Shown here one piece after another: positions 19,001 through 27,703 of a stretch of DNA of 64,000 nucleotides. The position numbers were made by a program, and so were the translations under genes. The notes under the pieces were generated by a model. The model searched no databases. It was given only the letters and a program-made list of their open reading frames with translations, and was not told the origin of the DNA. The stretch's first letter is position 1; every line of letters begins with the position of its first letter. Location of the stretch: the NCBI GenBank assembly GCA_039029535.1, contig JBCCFW010000006.1, forward strand, positions 26,429-90,428. Reading direction: 5' to 3'. The stretch is from Acidobacteriota bacterium. Its GTDB lineage: Bacteria; Acidobacteriota; JBCCFW01.

Positions 19001-19110
19001 ACGGCCACCGCCGATAGCAGGAAACAGAGCCCTGCCGCCCGGATGGCGCGTCGGCCCGCTGGTGTAGTCTTGGCGGCTCTTTCGATGACCCGCGACTCGC
19101 TCTGGCTCAT
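16054..19110 (-). CDS. Large exported protein: N-terminal glycoside-hydrolase-like region, LolA/RseB-like middle, C-terminal beta-barrel
   Basis: Signal peptide; WVRVPWNEIEALPG..DWDAVD; YQYRLLGRETVSDRAAFKVSFEP..GTIWIDAVTF; alternating strands at the C-terminus. Domain calls by eye. Confidence 0.6.
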   Translation of the reverse strand: MSQSESRVIERAAKTTPAGRRAIRAAGLCFLLSAVAVTAQDSAERKEGPRGLALSTELGRAVAVASDLAALSPGEERSPTLWVRVPWNEIEALPGLRDWDAVDRLTRVAEEGLSGLLFEVVGPTPEGHDSPLVAGEQAGWDDFVTELAGRCSKLEIPVAIVATGWAADATAPGVKEQAFLLKKTSLAVAAGDPRLPTWAGAVPVAGDPLARQQELLAQGVAPFLAGYVHAGLDAGSRASIRSLLAREDGTAAHVERTAAGAGEAWRAALELLGTGPELAVLSASTLSEDELAGLAVLGNALPPEARPAVEVGEPFVRVEPAGGVTWQRWVLPDLSSRIVVQPAAGGPDAVVLHFSSSALDDPRLHDPAGERSGRLPGLLRIDAEDRSRLRLELADRPLVLELARRERLDDLDEDIAVASEREWTVDEVMSRYLRVQAREQRALSRWTAELSTQMRYRLGGSGRAIEVRIDGGYLEEDGLREVENRQYFVNGAPLKGKNKLPELPLLQPEKVTVAPLGVYLDKHYQYRLLGRETVSDRAAFKVSFEPLATQSRRVQGTIWIDAVTFQRLRVKSVEEGLEAPLLSDQRTDYFETMTTPEGDDVMVITHSEIQRAVTIIGATVVIDMRQDYSDHRLNPSDFARVRAEVMASDNQVLRDTEEGFRYLRKNEEGQRELSDPSTRKILAIAGARYDPGYSGVLPLAGVNWLDHDFRGKGWQLNAFLAGAINTITLSDPQIGNSRFEANAELFAPFIARSDRLRRQGEGTIDALRVKARRPHLEVGVSRAMGQGGRLGLALRLEHENWSDTDDTDPAFVLPEDGLVARLRLNGEWRRDSIELKTFVERGHRLDWEPWGIDDGSGLTESPDSYWRYGASIEGVWLLPAAQRLSVGAAWRSGSSLDRFSQHQFRSFGEPNLPGFGGSGLHFDDLAMVDLSYGLDLFGRFGVSGEIGLARTRDRQGVTSVGPDAREWSDHVGAGVSGTVPGPWGTFVTFGVGTVLSSSDHPELEGDLTAELLVTKIIK

Positions 19111-19257
19111 GCATCCCCCGGACGTGGTCGGACCGCCGTTTCGTCACCTCGGCCACCGCGCCGTTCTTCCGTTGCTTGCAGGCCCGAAAGACTAGCTCGA
19201 AACCCGGCCGAAGCAAGGTGACCTTCGGCGCTTGATTCGACCAGGGACCCGCGCGCC

Positions 19258-20076
19258 GTGAGCTCTCGCCGCCGCTTCGGACAACACTTCCTCGTCAACC
19301 GGGGCGTCGTCGATCGGATCGTCGAGGCGGCCGAGCTCTCCGGTGACGACGTGGTGCTCGAGATCGGGCCGGGCAAGGGAGCCCTCACCGAGCCGCTGGT
19401 GGCGTCCGGACAGCGGGTCGTCGCACTCGAGATCGACCGTGACCTCGTCGCCGAGTTCCCCCCGGCGCTGACCGAGGCCGAGAGCTTCACGCTGGTCGAG
19501 GCCGACGCGAACCGCGCCGACTGGCGCTCCGTCCTCCCCTCGCTCGACGGCGCCCGAGTGAAGCTCCTCTCGAACCTGCCCTACGAGAGCTCGAGCCCGC
19601 TCATCGTCCGCTACCTCGAGACCAGCCTGCGCGACGACAGTTTCGATCTCGCCGTGCTCATGATGCAGCTCGAGGTGGCCCAGCGTCTCGCCGCCGAGCC
19701 CGGGAGCAAGAACCACGGCAGCCTCGCCGCGCTCGCTCGCGCGACCCACTCGATCGAGACCGTCGTCGACGTCTCGCCCGGCTCGTTCCGTCCACCTCCG
19801 AAGGTGCAGTCCCGCGTGCTGCGCCTGCGTCCGCTCGAGCGCCCCCTGCTGGCGGCCGACGAGCACGCCGGCTACGCCGCCTTCCTCCGTCTCGCCTTCA
19901 GCCAGCGTCGCAAGCAGCTCGCCGGCTTGCTCCACGGAAACGGCGGGCTCGACCGCGAGGGCTGGAGCGCTCAGCTCCGAAGGCTCGGACATCCGCCCAC
20001 GGTGCGTGCCGAGGCGCTGTCCCCCGAGGAGCTCGTCGCGCTCTTCCGTCAGTCCGTGCTGGAGACCACGTCGTGA
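19258..20076 (+). CDS. rsmA: 16S rRNA dimethyladenosine transferase
   Basis: RRFGQHFL, LEIGPGKGALT, NLPY, FRPPPKVQS, FSQRRKQL. Confidence 0.95.
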   Translation: MSSRRRFGQHFLVNRGVVDRIVEAAELSGDDVVLEIGPGKGALTEPLVASGQRVVALEIDRDLVAEFPPALTEAESFTLVEADANRADWRSVLPSLDGARVKLLSNLPYESSSPLIVRYLETSLRDDSFDLAVLMMQLEVAQRLAAEPGSKNHGSLAALARATHSIETVVDVSPGSFRPPPKVQSRVLRLRPLERPLLAADEHAGYAAFLRLAFSQRRKQLAGLLHGNGGLDREGWSAQLRRLGHPPTVRAEALSPEELVALFRQSVLETTS

Positions 20077-20885
20077 GCTGGCTCGAAGCGATCATCCTCG
20101 CCATCGTCCAGGGGCTCACCGAGTTCCTGCCCGTCTCGTCGTCGGGACATCTCGCCCTGAGCCAGGCGCTCATGAAGATCGAGACGGGCGGGGTCTTCTA
20201 CGACGTGCTCCTCCACGTCGCGACCATGCTGTCGGTCGTCGTCGTCTTCCGGCGCGAGCTCCTCGCGCTGCTCGACGCACGCCTCCCCGGCGAGGACGGC
20301 GCGCAGGCGCGCAAGGTGGTGCTGCTCATCGTGGCGAGCTTCATCCCCACGGGAATCATCGGCCTGTCTCTTCGTGGGCTCGCCACGACCGCCTTCGATC
20401 GACCGGCCTGGGTCGGCGCCGGCCTGCTGTTCACGTCCATCGCCTTGCTCGCGGTCGCCCGCCGCACGGGTGACGAAGCCGCCGACGGCGGCACGGCCCT
20501 CGCGGACCTCGCGACCCTGTCGCCCCTGCAGGCGACCCTCATCGGCGTGGCCCAGGGCTGCGCCGTGTGGCCGGGCATCAGCCGCTCGGGGAGCACCATC
20601 GCCTGCGCGCTCGGGCTGGGAGTCGCTCCGAAGACGGCCGCACGCTTCTCGCTGATGATCTCGCTCCCGGTCATCGCCGCCGGATTCCTGCTCGAGGCCC
20701 TCAAGCTCGAGGGCCTGCCGGCGACCTGGCCCGCCCAAGCTCTCGGAGCGGTGGTCGCCTTCGGCGTCGGGCTGCTCGCGATCCGCTGGTTGCTGGCCGC
20801 CGTCCGGGGGCGTCCGCAGCTCCTGGCCTACGCCGCTTACACGGCCATCCTGGGCAGCCTCGCCATCTTCCTGGGCTCGCGCTGA
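20073..20885 (+). CDS. uppP: Undecaprenyl-diphosphate phosphatase (BacA)
   Basis: VQGLTEFLPVSSSGHL; PGISRSGSTI. Confidence 0.95.
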   Translation: MSWLEAIILAIVQGLTEFLPVSSSGHLALSQALMKIETGGVFYDVLLHVATMLSVVVVFRRELLALLDARLPGEDGAQARKVVLLIVASFIPTGIIGLSLRGLATTAFDRPAWVGAGLLFTSIALLAVARRTGDEAADGGTALADLATLSPLQATLIGVAQGCAVWPGISRSGSTIACALGLGVAPKTAARFSLMISLPVIAAGFLLEALKLEGLPATWPAQALGAVVAFGVGLLAIRWLLAAVRGRPQLLAYAAYTAILGSLAIFLGSR

Positions 20886-20938
20886 GCCTGGGTCGACGAG
20901 GCCCGCTTCGACTCACCGCCACGTGGTCGGCACCGGCG

Positions 20939-20967
20939 TTGACAAGATCGGCCCGAAACCTGAAAAT
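20939..20967 (+). promoter_or_regulatory. Putative sigma70 promoter upstream of ftsK
   Basis: TTGACA-N17-GAAAAT. Confidence 0.5.
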
Positions 20968-21055
20968 TCCGTCCTCTAGTGGGTGAGTGGTTCGGACACC
21001 GGACCGGTCGGCGGGACACCGTCTACCGGGGCCGACGTGTCGAGCCGGAGGCGCC

Positions 21056-23743
21056 GTGCCGCGTCGCAAGCAGCCCACCAAGAAGAAGGACCTGCCCCCC
21101 GTCCGACCCACCGGTCCGGACGCTCCCCGCCGCTCTGCGGGTGTCGAGCTCGCCGCCATCGGTCTCCTCGTGGCCGGGCTCCTGTGCGGGATGGCGCTGT
21201 TCACCCACGACACCAGCGATCCCTCGTGGGGCTCGCTCGGCTCGCACGACGGTGAGGTCGGCAACGCCGTCGGCCCCTTCGGCGCGAACCTCTCCTACGC
21301 CCTGCTCCAGGCCTTCGGCGTCATCGCCTTCGCGCTCCCGCTGGCGCTGGTGGGCTCGGCCATCGCCTGCTTCTTCCGTCACCGCATCGGCCTCGGCTGG
21401 CCCCGTGCGGTGGGTCTCCTTCTTCTCGTGCTGTCGGCAGCCGCCCTCTTCGAGCTGGCGGGCTGGGGCTTCGGCTCGGCGGCTCCCACGCCCGGCGGGC
21501 TCATCGGCCACCTGCTCGGCACCGGTCTCTCCTCGGGCCTCGGTCAAGCCGGCGGCCTGCTCGTGGCGACCGCGCTGACCTGCACGTCGTTGCTCTTGCT
21601 CTCGCAGGTGTCGCTGCAGGACGCCCTGGTCTCCTCGGGCGAAGCCTCGGGGCAGGTCGGCCGCGGGATGATGAGCCTGCTCGGTCGCGCCCGCAGCGCT
21701 GCCGGCGCACGTCTCGAGACGATGGCAGAGGAGCGAGAAGTCCGACGTCAGGAGCGCGAGGCCGAGCACGCTGCCCGTGAGGCCGAGCGCGAAGCCGAGC
21801 GTGAGGAGCGACGTCGCAAGGCGGCGGAGGCTCCCAAGGTGAAGGCTCCCGCCGCGGCACGCGCCGCCAAGGGTGGTGACGAGGCCCAGCGTCCCAAGCG
21901 CAAGCTGTTCAACTGGTCGGTTCGCAAGCTCGAGAGCCCACGCGCCGACGCAGCCGAGGTGGACGAGGCCCCGGCCGCTCCACCGGCACCTCGCAAGGCG
22001 GGTGAGGAGCGTCGTCGTGCCGATCGGCGTCAGGGCGACCGCCGCCAGGCCGATCGTCAGGCCGAGCCCGCCGCGGCCGCGGCACCCATGACCGAGACGC
22101 CGCCAGCTGCTGCTCCGGCCCCGCCACCGGCACCGGTCGAGACCCCGGCCGCCGCGCCGGCCCCCGCCGCGGCCGCTGCAAGCGAGGAAGTCGGAGAGAT
22201 CGCGGTCGGCGTGCAGACCGAGGTCCGTCGTGCGGTCAAGAAGGCCGACCCGACCCGCGCTCGCGACTACCGCCTGCCCCCCATCGAGCTCCTCGACGAG
22301 GCCGACGAGCCGTTCATCTGCAACGAACAGGAGCTGCTCGAGAAGGCCCAGCGCATCGTCGAACGCTGCGCCGAGTTCGGCGTGGGCGGCAAGGTCTTGC
22401 AGGTTCACCCCGGCCCGGTCGTGACGACCTACGAGCTCAAGCCAGATCCGGGCGTGAAGCTCTCCCGCATCGTCGGTCTCGAAGACGACCTCGCCATGGC
22501 CCTCAAGGCCGAGACCATCCGCATCGACCGCATCCCCGGCAAGTCGACTGTCGGCATCGAGGTTCCCAACCGGCATCGCGAGATGATCAGCTTCCGGGAG
22601 CTGGTCGAGTCGGAGGCCTTCGTCAAGGCGGACCACACCCTGCCCATGATCCTCGGCAAGACCATCGACGGCACTCCGCTGGTCGCCGACCTCGCCAAGC
22701 AACCCCACCTGCTCATCGCCGGCTCCACCGGCTCGGGCAAGTCGGTCTGCCTGAACTCGGTCATCACCTCGATCCTCTACATGGCGCCGCCGGATCAGGT
22801 GAAGTTCATCATGGTCGACCCGAAGATGCTCGAGCTGGGCATGTACCGGGAGATCCCCCATCTCCTCTCCCCCGTCGTCACCGAGGCCAGCAAGGCGAGC
22901 AATGCTCTCAAGTGGGGAGTTCGCGAGATGGAGCAGCGCTACGCCCTGCTCGCCGGCGTCGGTGTCCGCAACATCTCCCAGTTCAACGCCTGGATCGAGA
23001 AGGTCACCAAGGAGACCGGCGAGGCGCCGAGCCTCAACGAGATCACCTACGAGAAGCTCCCCTACATCGTCATCGTCATCGACGAGCTCGCCGACCTCAT
23101 GATGGTCGCCGCCAACGACGTCGAGGACAGCATCTGCCGACTCGCGCAGATGGCGCGCGCAGTGGGCATCCACCTCATCCTCGCCACGCAGCGTCCCTCG
23201 GTCGACGTCATCACCGGCGTCATCAAGGCCAACCTCCCCGCCCGCATCGCCATGCGCGTGGCGACCAAGATCGACTCGCGCACCATCCTCGACACCAACG
23301 GCGGCGAACAGCTTCTCGGTCGTGGCGACATGCTCTTCCTTCCCTCAGGCTCGAGCCGGCTGGTCCGGGTCCACGGGCCTTACCTCTCCGAGGTCGAGAC
23401 CGCCTCGGTCTGTGACCACCTCCGGAAGCAGCTCCCGCCCGTCTACGAGGAGGGCATCTGCGACGATCCGGCCGGCGCAACCGGAGGCCCCGAAGGCATC
23501 GAGGATCATCACGACGAGCTCTTCGACCAGGCCGCTCGCATCGTCGTCGAGCGGGGCGAGGCCTCGACCTCTTACCTCCAACGCCGGCTCAAGGTCGGCT
23601 ACACCCGGGCAGCCCGCCTGGTCGACATGCTCGAGGCCGACGGGATCGTCGGGCCGTCGGAGGGCTCGAAGGTCCGCGAAGTTCTCGTCGGAGCCGACTA
23701 CTTCGATGAGATGGAACGGGCGAAGGCCGCCACCGAGGTCTGA
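21056..23743 (+). CDS. ftsK: DNA translocase FtsK
   Basis: N-terminal TMs, PGPVVTTYE, PHLLIAGSTGSGKS, IDELADLMM, gamma domain LQRRLKVGYTRAAR; GGAGG precedes GTG 21056. Confidence 0.96.
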   Translation: MPRRKQPTKKKDLPPVRPTGPDAPRRSAGVELAAIGLLVAGLLCGMALFTHDTSDPSWGSLGSHDGEVGNAVGPFGANLSYALLQAFGVIAFALPLALVGSAIACFFRHRIGLGWPRAVGLLLLVLSAAALFELAGWGFGSAAPTPGGLIGHLLGTGLSSGLGQAGGLLVATALTCTSLLLLSQVSLQDALVSSGEASGQVGRGMMSLLGRARSAAGARLETMAEEREVRRQEREAEHAAREAEREAEREERRRKAAEAPKVKAPAAARAAKGGDEAQRPKRKLFNWSVRKLESPRADAAEVDEAPAAPPAPRKAGEERRRADRRQGDRRQADRQAEPAAAAAPMTETPPAAAPAPPPAPVETPAAAPAPAAAAASEEVGEIAVGVQTEVRRAVKKADPTRARDYRLPPIELLDEADEPFICNEQELLEKAQRIVERCAEFGVGGKVLQVHPGPVVTTYELKPDPGVKLSRIVGLEDDLAMALKAETIRIDRIPGKSTVGIEVPNRHREMISFRELVESEAFVKADHTLPMILGKTIDGTPLVADLAKQPHLLIAGSTGSGKSVCLNSVITSILYMAPPDQVKFIMVDPKMLELGMYREIPHLLSPVVTEASKASNALKWGVREMEQRYALLAGVGVRNISQFNAWIEKVTKETGEAPSLNEITYEKLPYIVIVIDELADLMMVAANDVEDSICRLAQMARAVGIHLILATQRPSVDVITGVIKANLPARIAMRVATKIDSRTILDTNGGEQLLGRGDMLFLPSGSSRLVRVHGPYLSEVETASVCDHLRKQLPPVYEEGICDDPAGATGGPEGIEDHHDELFDQAARIVVERGEASTSYLQRRLKVGYTRAARLVDMLEADGIVGPSEGSKVREVLVGADYFDEMERAKAATEV

Positions 23744-23905
23744 GCCTCCCCGCGCCCCGGCGGCCGACCGCCGGGGCCCCTCCGGGCCTCGTCCGACGTC
23801 ACGCCGTGAACACTAGCCTCCGTCCGCATCATCGAGCAGGATCGGGCTCGGTGACCCGACGACCGCACCACTCCCCGGGCGGTCGTGCCGAGACGGAGCG
23901 CGCGG

Positions 23906-24559
23906 ATGAGCCCCAGCGACGACAGCCACGACGTCGTCGGACGCAAGTCACGACCCGGTTCCGGAAAGGTCGCCTGGGTGGGCGACGAAGCGGCGGGCGC
24001 GACAGGGTCTGCCGACGGCGGCGCTCCGACCGGCTCGGTGCCCCTCCTCCATCCGCGGCGGGCGCGCCCCCAGCGAGTCGAGCGCCCGCGCCGCTCCCCA
24101 CTCTCCGCCTTCGTGCCGCTCCTGCTGCTGGCGGCGCTGGCTGCCCTGGTCGTCCCTCCCCTGCTCGCCCGTCGTGAGGTCGCCACGACTCGGGTGCGGA
24201 CCGCCGCGCTCGTCGAGGAGGTCACCGCCAGCCATCTCGCCCGCCACGCACGGCGGCGCGGTCAGCAGGCCGCCGTCGCGCGCACCCTCGTCGGACTGAG
24301 GCAGCGCCAGCTCGCTGCTCTCGAGAGCTGCGAGGCCCAACGCTTCTGTAACTCGCGACGCGCGGCCCTCGGCCAGTCCTTGCAGCTCGCCAATCGCCTG
24401 CTGACGGACGCCGCCGCCGACGCCACGGGCGTGCCGCCCGACTTCGCACGGGTCGAGATCGAGCACCTGAGAGACCTGGCAGAACGAGCGCCCGCTCTCG
24501 AGATGCAGCGCATCCTCGCGACGGAGATCCTCCTGCTCGAAGAGGTCGGACGACGATGA
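23906..24559 (+). CDS. Hypothetical single-TM protein
   Basis: ORF with hydrophobic helix FVPLLLLAALAALVV; ATGA-coupled to the next gene; start uncertain. Confidence 0.5.
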   Translation: MSPSDDSHDVVGRKSRPGSGKVAWVGDEAAGATGSADGGAPTGSVPLLHPRRARPQRVERPRRSPLSAFVPLLLLAALAALVVPPLLARREVATTRVRTAALVEEVTASHLARHARRRGQQAAVARTLVGLRQRQLAALESCEAQRFCNSRRAALGQSLQLANRLLTDAAADATGVPPDFARVEIEHLRDLAERAPALEMQRILATEILLLEEVGRR

Positions 24560-25182
24560 CCTGCGAGCTGGAGCACGCCTTCTTCGAGACTTGGCGTCAC
24601 GAGCGCGGTCGTCGCGCCAACGCCAAGCGGCGAGTCTTCGCGAGCCTGTGTCGCGAGCACGGCGGCGCCGCCGAGATCCCCACGTCCACCCTGCTGCGTC
24701 AGCTCGAACGCGGGCAGCTCGACGAGACGCTCGGCGAGTGGAAGCCGCTGTTCGCCGAGGTGCTGCGTCAGTGGATGGGCTTCCGGCTCGAGCACGAGGC
24801 CTTGGCCTCGGCTCCGGTCCTGTGCCTCGCCTGGTGGGTGCAGCCCGTCACCTGGCTCCGTCGGCGTGGTCACTTCGGCGGAGCCGCGCGGATGGTGTCG
24901 GCGCTGGGCTGTGCGAGCGTCGTGCTCGTGTTGCTGGCCCTGGTCAGCGTGACGGCCTGGCATCGAGCGCAGCTCCAGCTCGACCGACTGACCGAGAGCG
25001 AGCAGGCACTGAAGGCCGCCGCGCAGGCTGCCGAAGAGGCCGAAGCAGAGGCTGCCCGCGTGCTGCTCGACACCCGAGACGACAGCCTCCGCGATCACCT
25101 CGCTGGTGCCGACGGTCGGACGGCGAGCTACGTCGCGCTCCAGCGCCGCATCGATGAGGCAAGAGGCGCACTGGCGGAGTGA
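24556..25182 (+). CDS. Hypothetical TM plus coiled-coil protein
   Basis: GAGG upstream, ATGA overlap, TM segment followed by an A/E-rich helix. Confidence 0.55.
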   Translation: MTCELEHAFFETWRHERGRRANAKRRVFASLCREHGGAAEIPTSTLLRQLERGQLDETLGEWKPLFAEVLRQWMGFRLEHEALASAPVLCLAWWVQPVTWLRRRGHFGGAARMVSALGCASVVLVLLALVSVTAWHRAQLQLDRLTESEQALKAAAQAAEEAEAEAARVLLDTRDDSLRDHLAGADGRTASYVALQRRIDEARGALAE

Positions 25183-25305
25183 GGGCCCATGGGCTCGGAA
25201 TGCTGAACGCCACGCTAAGTTCTCCCCTCATTGCTCGGCATGGTGAATGCCCTGGCTCTTGACCCCCTCACGGCCCGCAGAGGAAGTTCTCGCCGGAGGT
25301 TCCCC

Positions 25306-27570
25306 ATGCCCCAGCGTGCCGCTCGCTCGTTCCTGGTCCTGCTCCTCTTCGCCTCGACCGCGAATGCCCTCGACTGGACCTACCAGCAGGTCGAGGCCGG
25401 TCGCTCCCTCGACGGCACCGCGGACATCGCCTTCGGGCCCGACGGCCAGCCGGCGATCGCCGCCGGAGGCTCGGTCCTTCGCTACTTCCGCTTCGACGGA
25501 GACCGCTGGCAAGAGGAGCTCGTCCATGGGTCGAGCTGCGGTCACTCCGATCCCGACCTCGTCTTCGATCCCGACGGGGAGCCGGCCATCGCCTGGGAAG
25601 ACCTGGGCGACGGTGTCGTTCGACTGGCGCGACGGACGACCGGAACTTGGACGGTCGTCACCGTCGGCGAAGCCCTCGGCCGAAGCCGACCCAGCTTGAC
25701 CTTCGATGCCGCCGGGGAGCCTGCCATCGGGTTCGCCGTCTTCGATCCGGAGTGCACTCCCCGCGTCGCGCGCCCCGGTGCCAGCGGCTGGACCTCGCGG
25801 GACTTCGAGGCCGAGGGGGGCCAGTGCTGGCCCTCGCTCGCCCGCACGGCGGAAGGGGCCATCGCCGCCAGCTGGTCCTCCTACGCCGTGTGGTGGACAC
25901 CCGACATCGACGCCGCCGAGCTCGAGCGGGAGCCGATCGCGAGTGGCGGTTGGCCGACCGCCACCCGACTCGGTCGGGATCACGACGGCCGGCTCTGGAC
26001 CCTCTTCCAGTCCCGAACGCACTACGGGCAGGTGAGCAGCCTTCACCGTCTTCAGCCCGACGGCTGGGTGCTCGAACAGGAAGTCGCCTACGGTCTCGAG
26101 CGCCCCGAGCTCGTCTTCCTCGCCGATGGCGGCGTCGTCGTCGGTCAGTGGGGTCGCGGGGCGTGGGAGCTCGAGGAGAATGCTCACTTCGACGGGACCA
26201 GGGGGTCGGTCGAGCATGCCGGCGGACGCCTGGTCGCCCTGGCCGCCGATCCCGTCCTGCCGACGGTGCACGGCGTCTTCTTCGACGAGGCCGCCGCGAC
26301 CCTGCACGTGAGGGCGCTCTCCCCCGACGCCGGCTTCGAGCTCGAGCACGACGAGGTCCTGGTCGGAAGCGAGGATCATGGCCACGACGTCGTGCTCGCG
26401 ATGGACTCGAGCGAACGGGTCGCGCTCGCGAGCCAGGGAGGCGCCATCCACCTCAGTCATCTCGACGACGGCGACGGGAGCTGGTCGACCGAGCTCGTTC
26501 CGGACACCGACGACTCGCGTGAGGGGCTCAACTTCGTCCTCACGGCCGATGGCGAGCCGGTTCTGTTCCACGCCGCCCAGGGCCTCGCCCCGGACCAACG
26601 AGACCTGGTCCTGCACCACTCCGTCGACGGCATGCCCCAAGTGCGCCGCTGGCGCACCGCCGGACGCTGGTCGGAGCTGCGTGACGAGCCGGCAACCCCG
26701 GGCCTGGTCCTCGACGGTCTCGGTCATCCGGTGGTCAAGGTCCGCGAGCTCTGGTCGCTGGATCCCGGTGGCACGTGGTGGTCCTCGCAACCGGTGGGAG
26801 CCACTTACTGGAACGCCCACCTCGCGATGGACGACGAGGGCACCCTGGTGGCCTGCCCACAGACCGCAGTCCTCGGCGTCACCTTCGTGCCCAGGCGCGG
26901 GCTCGCCGATGCCGGCTGGAGCTACGGCTGGTCGGTCGGCTTCCATGGCGATCGCACCTGGCTGGCCCGCAGCAACCTCGGCGATGCCGAGGTGCTCGTC
27001 GAGGACGGTCGCAGCTGGCGTTCCCTCCCGATCCCTGCGGCACCACCGTTCGACTACCTCCTCCCTCCCACCCTGGCCCTCGACTCCCACGGTCGGCCGC
27101 TCGTCGCCTTCCGGAGCGACGGGGTCGCTCACGTCGCCCGGTGGACGGTCGGTGGCTGGGTCATTCAGGTCCTCGATGACGCCCCCCGCAGCGGCGTCGA
27201 GTTCGACGACACCCTCGACCTCCTCGTCCGGGATGACGAGGTCTTCGTGGCCTTCCACGGACGAAGTCCCGACTGCCGTCGTGGTCCCACCGTCGGTCGC
27301 GCGACGCTCGATGCCGACGAGCTCTGGTCCCTGCATCGCTGGAGCCGCGACGCGACGCCCCTCCTGTCGTCTCCAACGATCGGCGACGACGACGAGGGAG
27401 CGGACTGGCCCCGCCCGCTCGGCCCCTTCGGCGCGACCCACGAGCTGCTCGACGACGCTCCGCTCCAGCTCTTCACCGTGCTTGGACCGGACGACTCCGA
27501 CGCCCCGGTGCTGCTCCGACTCGGCAAGACGAACGGCACGCTCGAGATCGCGATCGAGCCGGCCGAGTGA
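25306..27570 (+). CDS. Secreted beta-propeller repeat protein, paralog 1
   Basis: GGAGG RBS; signal peptide (STANA-LDW); repeats (L/F)xxDxxGxPxIA(W/Y)...W. Confidence 0.8.
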   Translation: MPQRAARSFLVLLLFASTANALDWTYQQVEAGRSLDGTADIAFGPDGQPAIAAGGSVLRYFRFDGDRWQEELVHGSSCGHSDPDLVFDPDGEPAIAWEDLGDGVVRLARRTTGTWTVVTVGEALGRSRPSLTFDAAGEPAIGFAVFDPECTPRVARPGASGWTSRDFEAEGGQCWPSLARTAEGAIAASWSSYAVWWTPDIDAAELEREPIASGGWPTATRLGRDHDGRLWTLFQSRTHYGQVSSLHRLQPDGWVLEQEVAYGLERPELVFLADGGVVVGQWGRGAWELEENAHFDGTRGSVEHAGGRLVALAADPVLPTVHGVFFDEAAATLHVRALSPDAGFELEHDEVLVGSEDHGHDVVLAMDSSERVALASQGGAIHLSHLDDGDGSWSTELVPDTDDSREGLNFVLTADGEPVLFHAAQGLAPDQRDLVLHHSVDGMPQVRRWRTAGRWSELRDEPATPGLVLDGLGHPVVKVRELWSLDPGGTWWSSQPVGATYWNAHLAMDDEGTLVACPQTAVLGVTFVPRRGLADAGWSYGWSVGFHGDRTWLARSNLGDAEVLVEDGRSWRSLPIPAAPPFDYLLPPTLALDSHGRPLVAFRSDGVAHVARWTVGGWVIQVLDDAPRSGVEFDDTLDLLVRDDEVFVAFHGRSPDCRRGPTVGRATLDADELWSLHRWSRDATPLLSSPTIGDDDEGADWPRPLGPFGATHELLDDAPLQLFTVLGPDDSDAPVLLRLGKTNGTLEIAIEPAE

Positions 27571-27703
27571 TCGCTGCAGAGAGGTGACGACGCTGCCGCC
27601 GTCGGACCGGAGCGTCCTCCCCAACGGGGCGCCCCGACGAGATCAAGCCGCATCCGTCGACTCGAGTGACTGGCTTCAGAGACGTTCTCAGTGGAGGGAT
27701 CCC

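Noticed and set aside
26378-27703. 1199-aa ORF as listed in the track
   Set aside because: The N-terminal 442 codons are an off-frame shadow of paralog 1; the real start is ATG 27704 with an RBS and signal peptide.
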